Part shown: one piece after another, positions 35,611 to 39,819 of the stretch
How positions within the stretch are numbered: the first letter of the stretch is position 1
Layout: the number at the start of each line of letters is the position of its first letter
Source: Patescibacteria group bacterium
GTDB taxonomy: Bacteria; Patescibacteriota; Minisyncoccia; Phycocordibacterales; DATDSR01
Length of the DNA stretch: 39,819 nucleotides
Assembly: GCA_038062165.1 (NCBI GenBank)
Contig: JBBTXQ010000027.1
Span: 1 to 39,819 of the forward strand
Direction: 5' to 3'
Notes under the pieces: model-generated
The model's input: the letters and a program-made list of their open reading frames with translations, nothing else
Database searches by the model: none
Told to the model about the DNA's origin: nothing
Translations under genes and position numbers: made by a program

Positions 35611-35641
35611 ACTTGACATCTGGTCAAGTATATGATATGCT
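35611..35641 (+). promoter_or_regulatory. Sigma70 promoter with a dyad over the -35
   Basis: TTGACA (35613), 17-nt spacer, TG-a-TATGCT; ACTTGAC-N5-GTCAAGT. Confidence 0.65.
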
Positions 35642-35662
35642 TCAGTTTGGAGGGTCAAAATC

Positions 35663-35842
35663 ATGATCACGCAGCGAGGCTACAGGGCTCTGGAGAGCCG
35701 CGCGATCGAATCGCGCGAAATCGAGCTTCTCGAGCGAGAGCTCGACTCGATCTTCGGCATTCCGGAGATGATGCGCTCCGGCGAGCCCCAGCAGTTTCGG
35801 GCTCGGCGGGATCTCCATCCGGAGATCCCGAAGAAGCCGTAG
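35663..35842 (+). CDS. 59-aa GC-rich orphan protein
   Basis: Not in the track; MITQRGYRALESRAIESREIELLERELDSIFGIPEMM...; GGAGG at 35649; preferred over the overlapping track ORFs. Confidence 0.6.
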   Translation: MITQRGYRALESRAIESREIELLERELDSIFGIPEMMRSGEPQQFRARRDLHPEIPKKP

Positions 35843-35910
35843 TCGCGAATCTCCCAGCGCGGCCAGTGCCCAGACCGTCCCGACGCAAATCGAGACGGTC
35901 TTTGCTTTTT

Positions 35911-35929
35911 CAGGAGGTTTAGCCTCCTG
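35911..35929. repeat. REP palindrome, RAYT2 type (3' flank)
   Basis: CAGGAGGTTTAGCCTCCTG, 2 nt from the RAYT2 stop. Confidence 0.92.
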
Positions 35930-35931
35930 TA

Positions 35932-36600
35932 TTACTTGGTTAGAGCATTGAGCTCTGGCGCTATCTCCATCCAATCGTGTATGTTATCAAGAAGTTCAGT
36001 GGCGGAATCATAAATATCTAGTAGTGAATTTTGTGATAATATCCTATTTTCAATTCTTTCGTCTCCGAGATAATCGTAAAGACTTGAGTACTTATAATTA
36101 ATTAGAAATCTTTTTGCCGCTTCCTTGTCTTTTACGCCATTAATTTTCCAGTTTGGCTCAAAAATGTCTAGGTGGTTTAAATGTATGTATGTAGGAATGT
36201 GTTTAAAATAGTTGTCGGTATTCATGTGTTTCGCCCTATAAGTACCTTGGAACAAACTTCCGGACCTTTCATTCATTGCATTAAAATACATTGTGTAGGC
36301 AGTTAATAATTTTTGCATAAATTTCGATATGCCGCCCTCACGTATTTCTTTTAACAATAAATGAAAGTGGTTAGTAAGTAGAGAGTATGCACACACATCA
36401 ACAAGCTGTTCACCGCGATTCCACTCATAGACATCCTCAATTTTTTCAGCATTTATGTCGAAAGAATTAGTTCCGTTTGATATAAATAGCAATTTCATAA
36501 AGCGATCATGATCGTGTTCGTTACTAAAAATAATGCGCCTGTCTACGCCCCGATTGTAAACGTGGTAGTACTCTCCAGTTGAAAATTTGAATTTCCTCAC
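35932..36600 (-). mobile_element. REP-associated tyrosine transposase (RAYT, HUH/Y1 superfamily), RAYT2
   Basis: YYHVYNRG, TNHFHLL (HUH), GSLFQG.Y, YIHLN and YKYSSL; GTG start; collinear with RAYT1. Confidence 0.92.
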
Positions 36601-36613
36601 CCAGTCATTTTAT

Positions 36614-36632
36614 CAGGAGGCTAAACCTCCTG
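36614..36632. repeat. REP palindrome, RAYT2 type (5' flank, inverted)
   Basis: CAGGAGGCTAAACCTCCTG, exact reverse complement of 35911-35929. Confidence 0.92.
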
Positions 36633-36691
36633 CAAATACCTCCTGCAAGACCAGTCTTTCTTTTTTGTCCGTATTGTGTATACTAGTCGCT

Positions 36692-37375
36692 ATGCACGAA
36701 ATGATATTAGAGAAGCGGGAGACATTTGGTAAGAAGCTGGCTAAGCATCGATTGGCTGGCAAATTGCCTGTGGTGGTCTATGGTTCAGGACACAAGTCTG
36801 GATCATTCTTTGTAGATCTAAAAAATTTTAAGAAACTTTGGAAAGTTGCTGGAGAATCTACTCTCGTTTCGCTCAAGGAGGATAAAAAGAATTACGACGT
36901 ACTAATTCAAGATGTCGCTGTCCACCCACTCTCCGGCGAGCCTATACATGCTGATTTTTATGCGATCGATGTCAACAAGCCGGTGGAAGTGAAAGTGGCA
37001 TTGGAGTTCATCGGAGTGTCGCCCGCGGTCAAGAATCTGGGAGCACTTTTGGTTAAAGTAATGCACGAGATCGAGATTAAAGTCTTGCCCAAGAATCTGG
37101 TGCATCAGATTGAAGTGGATATTTCAAGTCTTGCTAATTTCGGCGATTCTGTTCACGCGCGAGATATCAAACTTCCCGAGACCGCTGAACTTCTAACTAA
37201 TCCAGACGAGGCCATAGCCCTTGTGAAAGAAATAATTGAAGAAAAAGAAGAAGAAGTAGCCCCAGTCGATCTAACGGCCATTGAAGTAGAAAAGAAAGGC
37301 AAGGAGCCAAAGGAAGGTGAGGAGAATAGCGAAACCGCGCCGGCCGACAAAAAAGAAAAAGAAGAAAAGAAGTAG
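36692..37375 (+). CDS. rplY: 50S ribosomal protein L25/Ctc
   Basis: GKLPVVVYG, HP......HADFY, V.VKVALEFIG.SPAVK and an acidic tail; start moved to the ATG at 36692, 7 nt after TATACT. Confidence 0.95.
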   Translation: MHEMILEKRETFGKKLAKHRLAGKLPVVVYGSGHKSGSFFVDLKNFKKLWKVAGESTLVSLKEDKKNYDVLIQDVAVHPLSGEPIHADFYAIDVNKPVEVKVALEFIGVSPAVKNLGALLVKVMHEIEIKVLPKNLVHQIEVDISSLANFGDSVHARDIKLPETAELLTNPDEAIALVKEIIEEKEEEVAPVDLTAIEVEKKGKEPKEGEENSETAPADKKEKEEKK

Positions 37376-37390
37376 TGGTATAATGGGGCA

Positions 37391-38776
37391 ATGAAGAAGG
37401 TTTTTAGCTTTTTAGCTTTTAGCTTGTTAATTTTGGGGCCTAGTATGGCCTTGGCTCAGGCCTCTTGTCCGGCTAATATATCAGGCTATACAGACGAGCA
37501 ATTGCAAGAATTTTTGGCTGTTTGCGAGAAGGAGATTGCCGAGAATCAGGCCAAGCTGACATTCACGCAAAAACAAGCTACTTCGATTGAGAGAGTTATT
37601 GCTGAACTCAAGTATAAGATTCAGAAATCAGAACTCGAGATTAAAGCACGCAATATCAAGATCACCCAGTTAGGAGATGACATCTCTGTTAGAAACAAAA
37701 ATATAAATGTGTTAAGTGAGAAGATTGATAAAATGCGTGATTCGCTTAGCGAACTCTTGCGCAAGACAGACGAAGTGAGCGCTTTTACTCCCGCCGAAGC
37801 ACTACTTTCCAATTCGGATTTATCAGAATTTTTCGCTAATTTAGATGATTACGAGGTAATTAGAGGTCACTTGCGAAACACTCTCTTGGAAATATCAGAA
37901 GTCAAAACGCAGACAGAGGCCGAGAAGGCTCGCCTCGAGCAGTCGAAAGTTAAAGAAGGCGAACTTAAATATCAGCAAGAACAAGAGAAGAAGCGCACTA
38001 ATAGTCTAAAAAGTGAACAGGAGCATGTGCTTAAACTGACACGCGCTGAAGAGAGTGCTTTTAAAAAAGAAATTGCCGATAAAGAGCGTGTTAAAAATGA
38101 AATAAGAAATCGAATTTTCAAAACCGTGGGCGGTCAGGAATTGCGTTTCGAGGAAGCGCTCAAGCTTGTGCGACAGTACGAGGCACGCGTCGGCGTGAAC
38201 GCCGCCCTTACCCTCGCCATTCTCACGCAAGAATCTTCAGTCAACGGACTCATCGGCAAGAATATCGGTAAGTGCACATATAATCAGAGCGCAAGTAATG
38301 AAAGTGGCACAGTGATGGCGCCTTCGCAGCAAGCATCATTTCTCGCCATTATGAATGAACTCGGATTGAACGCCAACACCACGCCAGTGTCGTGCCCGAT
38401 ATATTCTGACGGATCATATGGCGGAGCGATGGGACCATCGCAATTCATGCCCAATACTTGGTGGAATGTGAACACCGGTTTCGGCTACAAACAGAGAGTG
38501 GCCGAAGTGATGGGTGTGACTGTGCCCAGTCCGTTTAATAATCTCGATGCCTTCACCGGCACAGCACTATACTTATCTGACGCGCTAGAGCGTTGTCGCA
38601 GTGCCTTCACGAGTACGTTTGAATTGCGTGCCTGCACGGCGGCTAAGTATTACGCCGGCCTAACCGCGTCTGGTTCACGACTCGCCCGGCATATGAACCC
38701 AGCAAGCAGTTATGGTTACAAAGTAGCAATGAGAGCCGCCCAATTCGAGAAAGACATCACCCTTCTAGATCAGTAG
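37391..38776 (+). CDS. Secreted coiled-coil protein with C-terminal lytic transglycosylase (SLT_2/MltB-like) domain
   Basis: Signal peptide, long heptad region, LAILTQES (catalytic Glu) and GGAMGPSQFMPNTW. Confidence 0.88.
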   Translation: MKKVFSFLAFSLLILGPSMALAQASCPANISGYTDEQLQEFLAVCEKEIAENQAKLTFTQKQATSIERVIAELKYKIQKSELEIKARNIKITQLGDDISVRNKNINVLSEKIDKMRDSLSELLRKTDEVSAFTPAEALLSNSDLSEFFANLDDYEVIRGHLRNTLLEISEVKTQTEAEKARLEQSKVKEGELKYQQEQEKKRTNSLKSEQEHVLKLTRAEESAFKKEIADKERVKNEIRNRIFKTVGGQELRFEEALKLVRQYEARVGVNAALTLAILTQESSVNGLIGKNIGKCTYNQSASNESGTVMAPSQQASFLAIMNELGLNANTTPVSCPIYSDGSYGGAMGPSQFMPNTWWNVNTGFGYKQRVAEVMGVTVPSPFNNLDAFTGTALYLSDALERCRSAFTSTFELRACTAAKYYAGLTASGSRLARHMNPASSYGYKVAMRAAQFEKDITLLDQ

Positions 38777-38812
38777 AACGCCGGTTGCAATTTGAGGAGA
38801 GTATGCTAATTT

Positions 38813-39109
38813 ATGGACATGAAGAAAGACGGGGCTAAAAAGAATGGGAAGAATCGGCTTATTACTAATAAGGATCTGTCACACCAGATCGAAGTTCTAG
38901 CTTCTAATGTGAATGGGATTGCGGAGCGGTTGACAAATGTGGAGGATAATATGGCCACAAAGAGGGACCTTAAAGACACAGAAGAAAGGCTAGATAATAG
39001 GATCAGAGGTTTAGAGAGGCGAATGGATGAATTTGCTGTGCAATATGTCAAGAAAGAGCATCACATGAAGTTGGCAGAGAAAGTTTCCAAATTAGAGCAT
39101 AGAGTATAA
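38813..39109 (+). CDS. Coiled-coil hypothetical protein
   Basis: Heptad pattern with a MATK.DL motif. Confidence 0.7.
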   Translation: MDMKKDGAKKNGKNRLITNKDLSHQIEVLASNVNGIAERLTNVEDNMATKRDLKDTEERLDNRIRGLERRMDEFAVQYVKKEHHMKLAEKVSKLEHRV

Positions 39110-39127
39110 ACCTTCAATTAAATTAAT

Positions 39128-39379
39128 ATGAAAAAAGATACACACCCAATTTATTATACTAATGCACTCGTCACCTGTTCGTGCGGCAATACTTTCAATG
39201 TGGGTGGCACGCAGGAGAAAATTAAAGTTGAAATTTGCAGTGTCTGTCACCCATTCTTCACAGGCGACAAGAAGATTATTGACACAGCCGGTCGAGTAGA
39301 ACGTTTCAGGACGCGCAGTTCTAAGAAGTCAACCACACCCAAAAAAGTCAAAGCGCCAAAAAAGAAAAAGGTAGCCTAG
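39128..39379 (+). CDS. rpmE: 50S ribosomal protein L31 (zinc-binding type)
   Basis: [18 protein letters not shown] and DTAGRVERF. Confidence 0.97.
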   Translation: MKKDTHPIYYTNALVTCSCGNTFNVGGTQEKIKVEICSVCHPFFTGDKKIIDTAGRVERFRTRSSKKSTTPKKVKAPKKKKVA

Positions 39380-39819
39380 ATGGATATTAGCGAGTTCAAG
39401 GCAAATCCGAAGACTAAATATCTAGCTTTTCAATATGAAGAGATGCTTAAATCTGATCCGGAAACGGCTAAATTTTTGCTTACTCAAATGGAGGGGATAA
39501 TTAATGGTGGCAAGAGCGATAACTTAGACGAAGATAATTCGGGAGATAAATATGGGAGTGCACGAGAAATAATTCTAGAGATTAGAGCAGGCGCCGGTGG
39601 CAGTGAAGCAAGTCTTTTTGCTCGCGAGCTTGGCAATATGTACTCAAGCTATGCGCGCAAAAAAGGATGGGGAGTGGTGGAACTTGACGACCTTGTCTAT
39701 GAGATCCGAGGGGCGGGTGCTTACGAAGCACTTAGATGGGAGTCGGGCGTACACAGAATTCAACGCGTACCCGTAACCGAGAAATCCGGTCGCGTGCATA
39801 CGAGTACGGCGTCTGTGGC
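39380..39819 (+). CDS. prfA: Peptide chain release factor 1 (partial, runs off the window)
   Basis: [14 protein letters not shown] and [26 protein letters not shown] with the RF1 PxT motif; follows rpmE. Confidence 0.95.
   Translation, partial: MDISEFKANPKTKYLAFQYEEMLKSDPETAKFLLTQMEGIINGGKSDNLDEDNSGDKYGSAREIILEIRAGAGGSEASLFARELGNMYSSYARKKGWGVVELDDLVYEIRGAGAYEALRWESGVHRIQRVPVTEKSGRVHTSTASV

Noticed and set aside
35632-35974. Track ORFs of 96, 110 and 73 aa
   Set aside because: They start inside the promoter or run antisense and through the REP; the 59-aa frame at 35663 fits the signals better
35911-36632. Classical IS with terminal inverted repeats, or an IS200/IS605 element with TnpB
   Set aside because: The enzyme is an HUH-Y1 protein of RAYT length with C-terminal SS motifs, the flanks are self-palindromic REPs that also occur alone, and no tnpB or target duplication is seen
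36587-36691. N-terminal extension of L25
   Set aside because: It would overlap the RAYT2 start, REP and promoters; L25 similarity begins near 36692
1-39819. Alternative genetic code (UGA read as Gly, as in Gracilibacteria/Absconditabacteria)
   Set aside because: Conserved genes such as gap, rpiB and the WbpB-like gene end at TGA at their expected lengths, and none is interrupted by TGA

Overview
The window looks like Parcubacteria/Patescibacteria (CPR) chromosomal DNA in the standard genetic code. This is inferred from gene content: split transketolase, PaaX-like protein, stand-alone SWIB protein, Pif1 helicase, CxxC-x17-CxxC protein and Ig-like surface proteins. It starts with a surface-glycan cluster (wbpE/wbpD/wbpB-like genes, a methyltransferase, a GNAT/FemAB-like gene and an O-antigen-ligase-TPR gene). 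Then come secA, hicBA, mazG-like/Zn-ribbon/MYG1, murB, gatB, a gap-rpiB-rpe-tkt operon, pif1, surface proteins, csp, fba, an FAD oxidase, rplY, a lytic transglycosylase, rpmE and the 5' part of prfA. The most striking layer is a short-palindrome system. Two REP-associated tyrosine transposase (RAYT/HUH-Y1) genes are each flanked by their own GGAGG-N5-CCTCC hairpin, which differ in the 5-nt core. Related and unrelated hairpins sit in frame inside murB (three), gatB, secA, rpe, pif1 and the methyltransferase. Beside RAYT1 is a scar that joins the tail of a second RAYT allele to the tail of a second methyltransferase allele. Many resident genes have a -10 box 6-7 nt before the start codon (apparently leaderless). 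In contrast, several stand-alone orphan genes, some GC-rich, carry a strong Shine-Dalgarno site and usually their own promoter and hairpin. Four small ORFs missing from the track are also supported. All calls are by-eye motif recognition; no database searches were run.
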